Below, piece after piece: positions 19,095-29,907 of a DNA stretch of 32,000 nt. This DNA is from Methanococcus maripaludis (GTDB taxonomy: Archaea; AGJL01; Methanococci; Methanococcales; Methanococcaceae). The stretch is taken from positions 1,260,001-1,292,000 of the forward strand of contig NZ_CP026606.1 in assembly GCF_002945325.1 (NCBI RefSeq). The letters are read 5' to 3'. The position numbers were made by a program, and so were the translations under genes. The notes below the pieces were generated by a model. That model had not been told where the DNA came from, made no database searches, and saw only the letters and a list, made by a program, of their open reading frames with translations. The stretch's first letter is position 1; every line of letters begins with the position of its first letter.

Positions 19095-20192
19095 TTATGG
19101 GAGCCATGTACTCGAGTCTTCAACTTTTGCAGGCAAGTATTCTTCAACAACATACTTTAAACCGTATTTTGCTAAAGACTGCTGTTCTGCCCTTACTTTA
19201 CTGTCTGCCATTTGAACAAGCGCATTTTGCCATTGAGGGAATGATTTAACGAAATCATCGTTTTTCAAACCATCTTTTAATCTTTTTATGTCGTGATCTT
19301 TTAGGGGGTGCGTTGGAAGTTCGTAGTCAACAATATCCTGAGGCGTTACTCCAATAAGTCTGGCTTCAGGCACTGCCAATTTGTCTGCTAAGTGAACTGC
19401 CTTACCACTTCCTACCTTTAACGTCCTGTAGATGTTTAAGTATCCGTAAGGGTCACCATCCGTGAATACTAAAATCGGTAATTTATATTCTTCATTTAAT
19501 CTTTTGATAAACCTTCTAGTTGCCCTTGCAGGAACCCCTTTTAAAGAGATTAAAATACAGTTGTGTTTTTTCCAGAATCCTTCTGCATTTAACCTTGCAA
19601 ACATACCCGCAGTTTCGATTGCCAAAATAAAATCTGCTTTTGTTTCAAATTCCAATTTCGTAACATCATTAGGGATGCTGTATGCACCACTTCCAAGTTT
19701 TGTACAGTCAATTTTAATTTCGTCTCCTTCAGCAGTCCTGTCAACAATTCTTAACGGTCCGATAACTGCTGCACCATCTTCTTCAGGAATAAATCCTAAA
19801 TCTTCTCTTAAAAATTCTGAAGCAGCTTCAATATCTTCAATAACTCCGTTTGAAGGTTGCTGGTCATCAAATCTTGCTTCACCCCAGTTTTTGGAAACAT
19901 AATATGCTTCTCTCAGAGTTGAGAAATCGTTTGTATCAAGCAGTCCTTTTGAAAATTCCATCATTTTGATAGTCTGAGCAAATATTTTTGCCTGATTTAC
20001 CGTTAACATCCTATCTTTTTCTTTTCCAAGTATCGCAAAAGTTCCTTTTTCGACATCAAATTTTGCATTGGCAAGGCTTCTTATTGGGAAGGTGAGTTTT
20101 GGTCTTTTTCCTCGTATGATATCTTCATACATGCCATTAGCAAGTTTTAGTAATTTTTTGGCCGCTAAATTTCTCTCTTCTGAGGTTATCAC
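19095..20192 (-). CDS. top6A: DNA topoisomerase VI subunit A
   Basis: FTDGDPYGYLNIYRTLKVGS Toprim motif and Spo11/Top6A sequence. Start placed at the GTG at 20192 (VITSEERN) with ggtgaaact RBS; the extra N-terminal residues in the ORF track look non-coding. Confidence 0.92.
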   Translation of the reverse strand: MITSEERNLAAKKLLKLANGMYEDIIRGKRPKLTFPIRSLANAKFDVEKGTFAILGKEKDRMLTVNQAKIFAQTIKMMEFSKGLLDTNDFSTLREAYYVSKNWGEARFDDQQPSNGVIEDIEAASEFLREDLGFIPEEDGAAVIGPLRIVDRTAEGDEIKIDCTKLGSGAYSIPNDVTKLEFETKADFILAIETAGMFARLNAEGFWKKHNCILISLKGVPARATRRFIKRLNEEYKLPILVFTDGDPYGYLNIYRTLKVGSGKAVHLADKLAVPEARLIGVTPQDIVDYELPTHPLKDHDIKRLKDGLKNDDFVKSFPQWQNALVQMADSKVRAEQQSLAKYGLKYVVEEYLPAKVEDSSTWLP

Positions 20193-20421
20193 AGTTTCAC
20201 CGCATTTTAATAGAAAATAATATAAATATGAATTAAATAAATGAAAGCTATAATCGGCTTTTATATTCCGAATATAAGTATTTTTATTTATAACTATATT
20301 TTTGGTATTGGTCCTAATCAAAAGATATAAATCTTGTAACTTATATATTTCCAATGATTATTTAAAACCCACACAATCAGGGCTTTGAGGGCATGCACTA
20401 TTTCATGAGGAGGTAATAATC

Positions 20422-21504
20422 TTGAAATTCTTAAAAAACATAGCACAAACAGATTTTTTGGAACCTGCTTCAGAACAGCTTTCAGATATCGATAGAGAAC
20501 TACTGGAATTAATCGAACAGTCAAAAGCAAGGATAACTGTTGTAGGTTGTGGTGGTGCAGGAAACAACGCAATAAATAGATTAATTGCGGAAAGCATCGA
20601 TGGAGCAAGAATCGTTGCAATAAACACAGATGCACAGCAACTTGTAAAAACTCACGCGGATCATAAAGTTTTAATTGGTAAAAATCTCACAAAAGGACTC
20701 GGTGCAGGTGGAAACCCAGTTAAAGGTGAAGAATCTGCAAAAGAAAATTCAGAAGAAGTTAAAAAAGCAGTTCAAGATTCCGACCTCGTATTTGTAACAT
20801 GCGGACTTGGCGGTGGAACAGGAACAGGTTCTGCTCCAGTAGTTGCAGAAATTTCTAAAAAAGTTGGTGCTTTAACAGTTGCAGTTGTTACATTACCATT
20901 CTCAATGGAAGGAAAAGTAAGGATGTCAAATGCAATTGAAGGTCTTAACAAATTAAAAGAAGTTGCAGATACTATTGTTATTATTCCTAACGATAAATTG
21001 TTAGAGATTGTTCAAAACGTTCCATTAAGAACAGCTTTCAAGGTTGCAGACGAAGTTTTAATGAATTCAGTCAGAGGAATGGTTGAACTCGTAAACAACG
21101 CTGGAGACATTCACGTGGACTTTGCTGACGTTAGAGCAGTAATGAACAACGGCGGAATTGCAATGATGGGTATTGGTGAGAGCGACTCTGAAAAAAGAGC
21201 AAGGGAAGCAATACAAATCGCATTAAACAGCCCACTTCTCTGTGTGGATGTTGATGGTGCAACCGGTGCATTAATCCACATAACTGGCCCTGAAGACATG
21301 AGCCTTGAAGAAGCAAAAGAAATTGTTTCAACTGTCTCAGATAGATTAGACGAAAAAGCAACGATTATTTGGGGAACCACAATCGATGAAACACTCGAAA
21401 ATTCATTAAGAGTTTTACTCATCGTTACAGGTACAAAATCAACTGGCGATTACACTGTTGATGTAACGAAAAAGAGATATTTAATAGATATCCCAAAAAT
21501 CTAA
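20422..21504 (+). CDS. ftsZ: Cell division protein FtsZ
   Basis: GCGGAGNNAINR, CGLGGGTGTGSAPVVAE tubulin signature. TTG start preceded by gaggaggtaataatc. Confidence 0.97.
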   Translation: MKFLKNIAQTDFLEPASEQLSDIDRELLELIEQSKARITVVGCGGAGNNAINRLIAESIDGARIVAINTDAQQLVKTHADHKVLIGKNLTKGLGAGGNPVKGEESAKENSEEVKKAVQDSDLVFVTCGLGGGTGTGSAPVVAEISKKVGALTVAVVTLPFSMEGKVRMSNAIEGLNKLKEVADTIVIIPNDKLLEIVQNVPLRTAFKVADEVLMNSVRGMVELVNNAGDIHVDFADVRAVMNNGGIAMMGIGESDSEKRAREAIQIALNSPLLCVDVDGATGALIHITGPEDMSLEEAKEIVSTVSDRLDEKATIIWGTTIDETLENSLRVLLIVTGTKSTGDYTVDVTKKRYLIDIPKI

Positions 21505-21537
21505 GTTTAATTTTTTAACGTAATGCCGAGGGATACT

Positions 21538-21777
21538 ATGGCAAAAGAAAAAACTATGAATACTGAAGTGCAGAAATCAAAGTTAAATACGACATTAAAT
21601 GGATTAAAAGACTTTTTACAACAGTGTAAAAGAGTTTTAATGATTTCAAGAAAGCCAACAAGACAGGAATATATAACAATTTCAAAAGTAACTGGTCTTG
21701 GGATATGCCTTCTTGGTTTTGTCGGGTTTGTAATACACGTGCCTATAACTTATTTAAAAGCATTAATAAAGCCTTAA
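21538..21777 (+). CDS. secE: Preprotein translocase subunit SecE (Sec61 gamma homologue)
   Basis: Short protein with RKPTRQEYITISKVTGLGICLLGFVGFVIHVPI; RBS gaggg before the ATG at 21538. Confidence 0.9.
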   Translation: MAKEKTMNTEVQKSKLNTTLNGLKDFLQQCKRVLMISRKPTRQEYITISKVTGLGICLLGFVGFVIHVPITYLKALIKP

Positions 21778-21912
21778 AACACGAAACATACTTTCATATT
21801 TTTCAATTTATGAATAGATATATATAGTATAAATCGATAATTCTTTTCAATTATTTTGAGATCTATTTTTAAAATTATTTATTTTCAAATTTTATTCCGT
21901 TTTGGTGATATT

Positions 21913-22353
21913 ATGATTTTTGCAGTAAGGACCACTACAGGTCAGGAAAAAAACGTTGCAGAATCTCTGGCGTCAAGAGCTGAAAAAGAGAATTTGGAAG
22001 TATTCTCAATCTTGGCAACCGAAGATTTGAAAGGATACATCCTTATTGAAGCTGCTAACAAAGGGGCTTTAGACGAACTTGTTAGAAAAAGTTTTAAAGT
22101 AAAAGGAATTGTACCTGGTGAAACCAGTGTAAATGAACTCGATCATTTGTTAACTCCAACAAAAATTATCGAACATATTGATAAAGGGGATGTTGTTGAA
22201 TTGGTCGGAGGTCCATTTAAAGGTGAACGGGCAAGAGTTACAAGGGTGGACAAACATAAAGAAGAAATTACGCTCGAATTAATTGATGCAGCAGTGCCTA
22301 TTCCAATAACTGTTGGTATTGAACAGGTTAAAATTATATCCAAACAGGATTAA
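21913..22353 (+). CDS. spt5: Transcription elongation factor Spt5 (NusG-like)
   Basis: NGN domain start MIFAVRTTTGQEKNVAE and KOW motif GDVVELVGGPFKGERARVTRVD; ggtgat RBS before the ATG at 21913. Confidence 0.93.
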   Translation: MIFAVRTTTGQEKNVAESLASRAEKENLEVFSILATEDLKGYILIEAANKGALDELVRKSFKVKGIVPGETSVNELDHLLTPTKIIEHIDKGDVVELVGGPFKGERARVTRVDKHKEEITLELIDAAVPIPITVGIEQVKIISKQD

Positions 22354-22466
22354 TTTGTATTTTATAATGTCATGGTAAATTTTAAATAGGATACACATAA
22401 ATAAGAATAAGGAACTTATGATAGTATTATTGCGATACTAAACACGATTCATTTAGAGGTGAATAT

Positions 22467-22946
22467 ATGGCAGAACAAGTAGTAGAGATACTCGTATCTG
22501 GTGGGAAAGCAACAGCAGGACCTCCTTTAGGTCCAGCAATCGGTCCTTTGGGCGTAAACATCATGCAAGTTGTTCAAAAAATTAACAACATGACAAAAGA
22601 CTACGAAGGAATGAGCGTTCCTGTTAAAGTTATTGTTGATACCGATAAAAGGACATTTGAAGTTGAAGTAGGTATTCCTCCTGCATCAGCATTAATTAAA
22701 AAAGAAATTGGAATTGAAAAAGGATCACAGGAACCAAAACACCAGGTTGCAGGAAATATAACAATGGAACAAATTGTTAAAATTGCAAAAATGAAACAAG
22801 ATGCAATGTTAGCTTACAACTTGAAAAATGCTTCAAAAGAAGTTGTTGGAACGTGTGTGTCAGTTGGAATAAGTGTGGAAGGAATGACTCCAAGTGAAGC
22901 ACAAAAAGCAATTGATGCAGGACAATTTGACAGCTACTTTAACTAA
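22467..22946 (+). CDS. rpl11: 50S ribosomal protein L11
   Basis: [29 protein letters not shown] signature. Confidence 0.97.
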   Translation: MAEQVVEILVSGGKATAGPPLGPAIGPLGVNIMQVVQKINNMTKDYEGMSVPVKVIVDTDKRTFEVEVGIPPASALIKKEIGIEKGSQEPKHQVAGNITMEQIVKIAKMKQDAMLAYNLKNASKEVVGTCVSVGISVEGMTPSEAQKAIDAGQFDSYFN

Positions 22947-23055
22947 TTGAATTTCACATTCTTTTTTTTCTGGAAATTCGTATTTATTAATTCAAATATT
23001 TATTGGATATGAACTCCTCCGAGTATGCTTGAGGATTTGAATGGAGGTTCTGTAC

Positions 23056-24072
23056 ATGACATGTACCATAGTAGTTGGTGGCCAATGGGGCGACGAAGGA
23101 AAGGGAAAGATAATAAGTTACCTCTGTAAAAAAGACAACCCTTCAATTATTGCAAGAGGCGGAGTAGGCCCTAACGCAGGACATACTGTCGAAGTAGACG
23201 GAGAAAAATACGGAATCAGAATGGTTCCAACCGGTTTTCCAAATGTTAACGCAAAACTTGCAGTCGGTGCTGGAGTTTTAACTGATCCTGAAGTTTTAAT
23301 TAAAGAAATCAAAATGCTCGAAAAGTTCAATGTAGGGGAAAGAATTCTCGTTGACTACAGGTGCGGTATTATTGAAGAAGTTCACAAAGAACTTGATAAA
23401 TCTAACGAACACCTTTCAAAAGAAATTGGATCAACGGGAACAGGATGTGGTCCTGCAAATGTTGATAGGGCAATGAGAACGTTGAAACAAGGAAAAGACG
23501 TAGAATCAATTTCCAACTATCTTGGAGATGTTTCAGAAGCGGTAAATGACGCTTTGGAAGCAGGAGATAATGTATTAATCGAAGGAACACAAGGGTCCCT
23601 ATTATCATTATTTTACGGAAGTTACCCTTACGTTACTTCAAAAGATACAAATGCAGCATCTTTTGCAGCAGATGTAGGTATAGGCCCTACAAAAATTGAT
23701 GAAGTCGTTGCAGTATTCAAATCTTACCCTACGAGGGTTGGTGAAGGACCCTTCCCAACAGAAATGTCATTACAAGAAGCTGAAAATCTTGGAGTGGTTG
23801 AATACGGAACAGTTACTGGACGGAGAAGAAGAGTCGGTTATTTCGATCATGAACTTGCTAAAAAAGTATGCAGGCTAAACGGAGCAACCCAAATAGCAAT
23901 AACATGCCTTGATAAATATGATTCAGACTGTTATGGCATAACTGATTACGAAAAATTGTCCGAAAAAGGAAAGGCATTCATAAAAGAAGTTGAAGAAAAA
24001 GTTGGTGTTAAGGTAACTCTTATATCAACAGGTCCAAAACTCGAACAGACAATTGATGTTAGAAATGAATAA
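23056..24072 (+). CDS. purA: Adenylosuccinate synthetase
   Basis: [21 protein letters not shown]; [10 protein letters not shown]; SD ggagg upstream of the ATG at 23056. Confidence 0.96.
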   Translation: MTCTIVVGGQWGDEGKGKIISYLCKKDNPSIIARGGVGPNAGHTVEVDGEKYGIRMVPTGFPNVNAKLAVGAGVLTDPEVLIKEIKMLEKFNVGERILVDYRCGIIEEVHKELDKSNEHLSKEIGSTGTGCGPANVDRAMRTLKQGKDVESISNYLGDVSEAVNDALEAGDNVLIEGTQGSLLSLFYGSYPYVTSKDTNAASFAADVGIGPTKIDEVVAVFKSYPTRVGEGPFPTEMSLQEAENLGVVEYGTVTGRRRRVGYFDHELAKKVCRLNGATQIAITCLDKYDSDCYGITDYEKLSEKGKAFIKEVEEKVGVKVTLISTGPKLEQTIDVRNE

Positions 24073-24153
24073 TTATAAAAATTTTAATTAACTACTTTTT
24101 TTATGATTATTATATATTATTATCCAAGTTTTATTTTTTAGATTGGTAGGGAT

Positions 24154-25095
24154 ATGATGACGTTTGATGATAATATTAGAATTTTAGTAAAAGATAAAGA
24201 GTATGATATGCCCTTTTCAAAGGGTCTTTTAGCGAGATCGTTAACTGCTGCGGGAATGAAACCCAGTGCATCATATACTTTAGCACGCGATATTGAGCGA
24301 GAACTAAATGAACAAAACGTATTAAAGATTTCAAAAGATGAATTAAGACGAAGAGTATATTACACACTTATTAATCGAGATTACGAAGCAATTGCGGAAA
24401 AATACCTATTATGGCGAAGAATATTAAAGAAACATTCTATAATTATTCTTGTAGGTGGATCCAGTGGTGTTGGAACATCCACAATTGCATTTGAGCTTGC
24501 TTCAAGGCTCGGTATTCCAAGTGTTATAGGGACCGATTCAATAAGAGAAGTAATGAGAAGGAGTATTTCAAAAGATTTAGTACCGATGCTCTACGAATCT
24601 TCATATACTGCTTGGACTGCGCTTAGAAAGTCCTCATGGGAAGAGCAAGACTCAAAAGAAATGCATTTACTCGGTTTTGAAAGGCACGTTGAGCCTGTTT
24701 TATTGGGCATTGAAAGTATTATAGATAGGAGTCTAACTGAAGGAACCAGCGTTATAATTGAAGGAACACACATAGTTCCCGGTTTAATGGCTGAAAAATA
24801 TCAGGAAATGCCAAACGTTATATTTTTAAACCTAACATTAAGTTCCGAAGAAACCCATAAAAAAAGATTTATCGCAAGAGCAAAGGTAAGCGATAGACCC
24901 CTTGAAAGATACTTAGAGAATTTTGAAATAATAAAAGAGATTAATCAGTATATTGTTGAAAAATCAAAAGAAAACAACCTTCCAGTTATAGAAAACGTTT
25001 CAATCAGTGATACCGTTCAAAAATGTCTGGAAATTGTTACAGAAAGGTTTAGCAACTTAAATGATGAGCCGATAATTGATTCAGATTTTTACTAA
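24154..25095 (+). CDS. 2-phosphoglycerate kinase (ATP-cone-like N-terminus plus P-loop kinase)
   Basis: [25 protein letters not shown] and [35 protein letters not shown]. Confidence 0.88.
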
Positions 25096-25116
25096 TTCAT
25101 TTAATTTTGGGGTATT

Positions 25117-26553
25117 ATGAAAATTTTTAAAAAAAGCGATATTTCAGGAATTTTTCATGAATTGGGGATTTTAATATCAACTATCGGTTTCATCATGCTG
25201 TTGCCGTCGTTTATTGGGATTTATTTTCATGAACCGTTTTTTTATTTTTTATTCCCCTCACTTTTTTTCATGATACTCGGGTTATTAATTAATAAAATTA
25301 CCAAGCCTATTTCAGTAAAATTAAAGCATGCAATGGTTATTTCCGCATTAGCATGGCTCATGGCTTCATTAATTGGGGCAATTCCATTTTATATCGGTAT
25401 TGAGTATTTCAGTTATCTTGACGGTGTTTTTGAAAGCATGTCTGCATGGACCACAACAGGATTTAGTATTGTCAGTGATGTAGAATCATTACCAAGAACT
25501 CTTCAATTTTGGAGAAGTTTTGAACAGTGGATTGGCGGAGTTGGGGTGCTTGCAATGGTTATCACAATTCTTTCAAAAGCAGGGGCATCTGCATACTACC
25601 GTGCAGAAGCAAGGGAAGAAAAAATCATGCCAAGTACAATTGGAACGATTAAAAAAATATGGCAAATATACTTGTTATATACAACCATTGGGATCTGTCT
25701 GCTTTATTTAAGTGGCTTAAATTTGTGGAGTGCATTAAACATCTGTATGTGTGGTATTTCAACAGGCGGTATGAGTATAAGTAATCAAAGTTTTCCATTT
25801 AATAACTTCGCAAAGATTATAATGACTTTAATTATGTATATCGGTGGTGTTGTTTCATTTTCGGTACACCACAATGTTTTAACCGGAAGGCGGGTTGATG
25901 ATATACAGACAAAAACTTCAATTCCAATACTATTCTTTGCCGCATTTGTAATTACCCTAACTTCAGGAATAGATCCATTAGATTCGCTATTTACCGTAGT
26001 TTCTGCAATGACGAGCACGGGATTTTCAAGCGTACAGATATCTTCGCTAACAAACATATCAATTGCAGTTTTGATATTTGTAATGGCGATTGGAGGGGCC
26101 ACTGGGACTACAACGGGTGGTATTAAGCTTATAAGGCTTGTAATTATGGCTAAAGGATTTTATTACAGGTTAAAAGAAGTTGTTAGTCCTGGAAACGCAA
26201 TAATATACAAAAAAATAGGTAAAAACCAATTGTCTGATTTTTTAATTCTGGATGCATTTATAATAGCTTTTGCATATATTATCCATTATTTATTTGGAAC
26301 GCTTGTTTTAATAAGCCTTGGTTATGATCCATTTTTATCAGTATTTGAGTCAGTTTCGCTAGTTGCAAACATGGGGCTTTCTGTTGATATAGTAAACCAC
26401 TCACTACACCCCGTTGCAAAAATTTTAGGTGTATTTTCAATGTGGGTTGGAAGGCTTGAAATTATTCCGATATACGTTTTAATAATCCTTCCTCTGTACT
26501 TAAAACTAAAAGATGTGGGTAAAAACAAAATAAGTAAAAATCGAAAGTTATAA
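25117..26553 (+). CDS. trkH: TrkH-family potassium uptake membrane subunit
   Basis: FESMSAWTTTGFSI, ICMCGISTGGMS, FTVVSAMTSTGFSS, and VFESVSLVANMGLSV pore-loop repeats. Confidence 0.92.
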   Translation: MKIFKKSDISGIFHELGILISTIGFIMLLPSFIGIYFHEPFFYFLFPSLFFMILGLLINKITKPISVKLKHAMVISALAWLMASLIGAIPFYIGIEYFSYLDGVFESMSAWTTTGFSIVSDVESLPRTLQFWRSFEQWIGGVGVLAMVITILSKAGASAYYRAEAREEKIMPSTIGTIKKIWQIYLLYTTIGICLLYLSGLNLWSALNICMCGISTGGMSISNQSFPFNNFAKIIMTLIMYIGGVVSFSVHHNVLTGRRVDDIQTKTSIPILFFAAFVITLTSGIDPLDSLFTVVSAMTSTGFSSVQISSLTNISIAVLIFVMAIGGATGTTTGGIKLIRLVIMAKGFYYRLKEVVSPGNAIIYKKIGKNQLSDFLILDAFIIAFAYIIHYLFGTLVLISLGYDPFLSVFESVSLVANMGLSVDIVNHSLHPVAKILGVFSMWVGRLEIIPIYVLIILPLYLKLKDVGKNKISKNRKL

Positions 26554-26624
26554 ATAGTAATTTAACCTCTTTAAGTTGAATTATGAAGATATATCCTTTA
26601 TAACCGAATTACAAGGTGGGATTT

Positions 26625-26942
26625 ATGGTCGAATTTTGTCCTAAATGTAACAATATCATGCTCCCAAAAGGTGGAGTTTTAAAGTGCGTGGTCTGTAAAC
26701 ACGAAGAAGAACTTGGTGATGCAAATCAAGAATACGCTTTAAAAGAAAAAATAGAATCCAAAAAACAGGACGTTACTGTTATTGAAAACGTAGATACCCT
26801 CCCAACAACAAGAATAGAATGCCCAAATTGTGGAAATATGGAAGCATTCTGGTGGTTACAGCAGACAAGATGTGCTGATGAACCTGAAACCAGATTTTAC
26901 AAATGTAAAAAATGCAGTCATACGTGGAGAGAATACGATTAA
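26625..26942 (+). CDS. tfs: Transcription factor S (TFIIS/RPB9-like)
   Basis: N-terminal CPKCNNIMLPKGGVLKCVVC and C-terminal CPNCGNMEAFWWLQQTRCADEPETRFYKCKKCSHTWREY zinc ribbons. ATG at 26625. Confidence 0.95.
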   Translation: MVEFCPKCNNIMLPKGGVLKCVVCKHEEELGDANQEYALKEKIESKKQDVTVIENVDTLPTTRIECPNCGNMEAFWWLQQTRCADEPETRFYKCKKCSHTWREYD

Positions 26943-26996
26943 TTAAGATTTAAATTAATATTAAAAATTCAAAAAAAACTTATTTTATTTTTTTAA
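26943..26996. terminator. AT-rich bidirectional terminator-like gap
   Basis: caaaaaaaacttattttatttttttaa between convergent tfs and secG. Confidence 0.4.
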
Positions 26997-27158
26997 TTAA
27001 ATTAAAATTCCGTAGTTTAAAACAGCTTCAATGATTATAATTGACACGGTTAAGCCTAAAACTTTTTCCGGAGCTATTTTTATTTTTGAAACATCTTCAT
27101 CCATATATCTTACAAGTCCTGCACTTGTGCTCAGTCCTGCATCCTGATTTTTAGCCAT
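26997..27158 (-). CDS. secG: Preprotein translocase subunit SecG (Sec61 beta homologue), absent from the ORF track because it is only 53 aa
   Basis: Manual translation: [53 protein letters not shown], preceded by ggtgataaa RBS. Confidence 0.92.
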   Translation of the reverse strand: MAKNQDAGLSTSAGLVRYMDEDVSKIKIAPEKVLGLTVSIIIIEAVLNYGILI

Positions 27159-27230
27159 TTTATCACCTTATCTAAAAAGTATATGTTTTAAAAGTTTATA
27201 AACTTTCCTAAAAATTTTTAAGTATTGATT

Positions 27231-28610
<1,380 letters not shown>

Positions 28611-29231
28611 TTATTCCTCCTCATTAGTTTCAAAGTCTTTTTTAATAAGTGATGCCATTACTGACGTCTGTCCTGCATATTTTGAGCATTTTCTATCTGA
28701 ATATCCAATATCTGCTGGTGAAAGTGTTTTACTAAATATTAACTGTCCTACTCTCTGGTTTTTATAGAGAATTACAGGCTTATCATAAGCTACAATTTCT
28801 AACGTTATTTTTCCCTTAAATCCTGAATCAATCCATCCTGCGGTCTGGTGTGTTTGTAAAAATACCCTTCCAAAACTGCTTCTACCCTGGTACTGTGCAC
28901 AAACGTCATTTGGAAGTTCTACGTATTCATTGGTGGTTCCTAAAAGTCCTCCACTCACAACACAGTCGACACTGTATTTTTCTTTATAATTTTTAATTAT
29001 TGTTTCATCCAAGTGGTGGTTTAGGGGGCATACCATAACGGAATTTTCAATTTCGAATTTACTGTGATTTAGAGTTTTTTTAACGTCGTAAACGTCTTCG
29101 TTGTATTTTATAAATTCGCTTCCAAGGGTAACATCATAAGAACAAGGTCCAACGAATTTTGAGTTAAATGGCTCAATTAAAACTCTTTTCGAAGTAACAT
29201 AATTAAAAATGTCTTTATCACTTAATATCAT
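28611..29231 (-). CDS. dcd: dCTP deaminase / bifunctional dCTP deaminase-dUTPase
   Basis: GPCSYDVTLG, QGRSSFGRVFLQTHQTAGWIDSGFKGKITLEI, GQLIF. Confidence 0.92.
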   Translation of the reverse strand: MILSDKDIFNYVTSKRVLIEPFNSKFVGPCSYDVTLGSEFIKYNEDVYDVKKTLNHSKFEIENSVMVCPLNHHLDETIIKNYKEKYSVDCVVSGGLLGTTNEYVELPNDVCAQYQGRSSFGRVFLQTHQTAGWIDSGFKGKITLEIVAYDKPVILYKNQRVGQLIFSKTLSPADIGYSDRKCSKYAGQTSVMASLIKKDFETNEEE

Positions 29232-29254
29232 CTATTTCACCAGAGAGATTTAGA

Positions 29255-29794
29255 TTAGTCCTTTTCTACAAAAACACACTTTTCAGATTTTGAAGGTGTT
29301 ACTTTTATTTTGGCATCATTATACTCAGAATAAAGAGTTTTTCCTTCGGTAAATCGGTCTAGGAATATTGCAAGTGCCGCAACTTCAGAATGGGGCTGGT
29401 TTCCAACTGAAAGGTTGTAGTCTGCAAGATCGTAAGCTTCTCTTGGAACTTTTTCAGCACCAATTATCAAAAGCAAGTTTTTATTCGTTTTTGAAATATC
29501 TTCTCTAATCTCTGTCATAATTTTATTAATATTTTCCCCATACATTGTAAGATGTACTACTATCCCGTTATCTTTAAACCTTTTTGCATAAGATCTCCAG
29601 GATTTGACGACTTCAAATTTAAATTCTCCGCCCCATGCGTCAACAATTCTTTCAACGCTTTCTTTAACGTGTTTATCCTCTTCAGTAAATATTATCTTTT
29701 CAGCCCCAAGTGCTCTTGAAGTTAGTGCAACGTGGGTGGATATTCGTTTGTCTCTCTCGCCTCGATGGCCCAACCTCAATATCTCAATAGCCAT
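29255..29794 (-). CDS. trm56: tRNA (cytidine(56)-2'-O)-methyltransferase
   Basis: LRLGHRGERDKRISTHVALTSRALGA and LIIGAEKVPREAYDLADYNLSVGNQPHSEVAALAIFLDR. Confidence 0.92.
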   Translation of the reverse strand: MAIEILRLGHRGERDKRISTHVALTSRALGAEKIIFTEEDKHVKESVERIVDAWGGEFKFEVVKSWRSYAKRFKDNGIVVHLTMYGENINKIMTEIREDISKTNKNLLLIIGAEKVPREAYDLADYNLSVGNQPHSEVAALAIFLDRFTEGKTLYSEYNDAKIKVTPSKSEKCVFVEKD

Positions 29795-29907
29795 AAAATC
29801 ACCAAATTAATCAAATAAAATTCGAGTTAAATTAAAAGTTTTCAAAAAATATTAAAAAAGTTAATATTTAAAATTAATTGAAATGGTAAAAAAATTAAAT
29901 CTCAAAA

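Noticed and set aside
20193-20354. N-terminal extension of the Top6A ORF (MEIYKLQDLYLLIRTNTKN...)
   Set aside because: Unlike Top6A, spans the AT-rich divergent promoter region, while a GTG with a good ggtga SD is available at 20192.
20403-20627. Minus-strand ORFs 20403..20627 and 20318..20635 overlapping the ftsZ start
   Set aside because: Antisense to the conserved FtsZ N-terminus; no SD or domain support.
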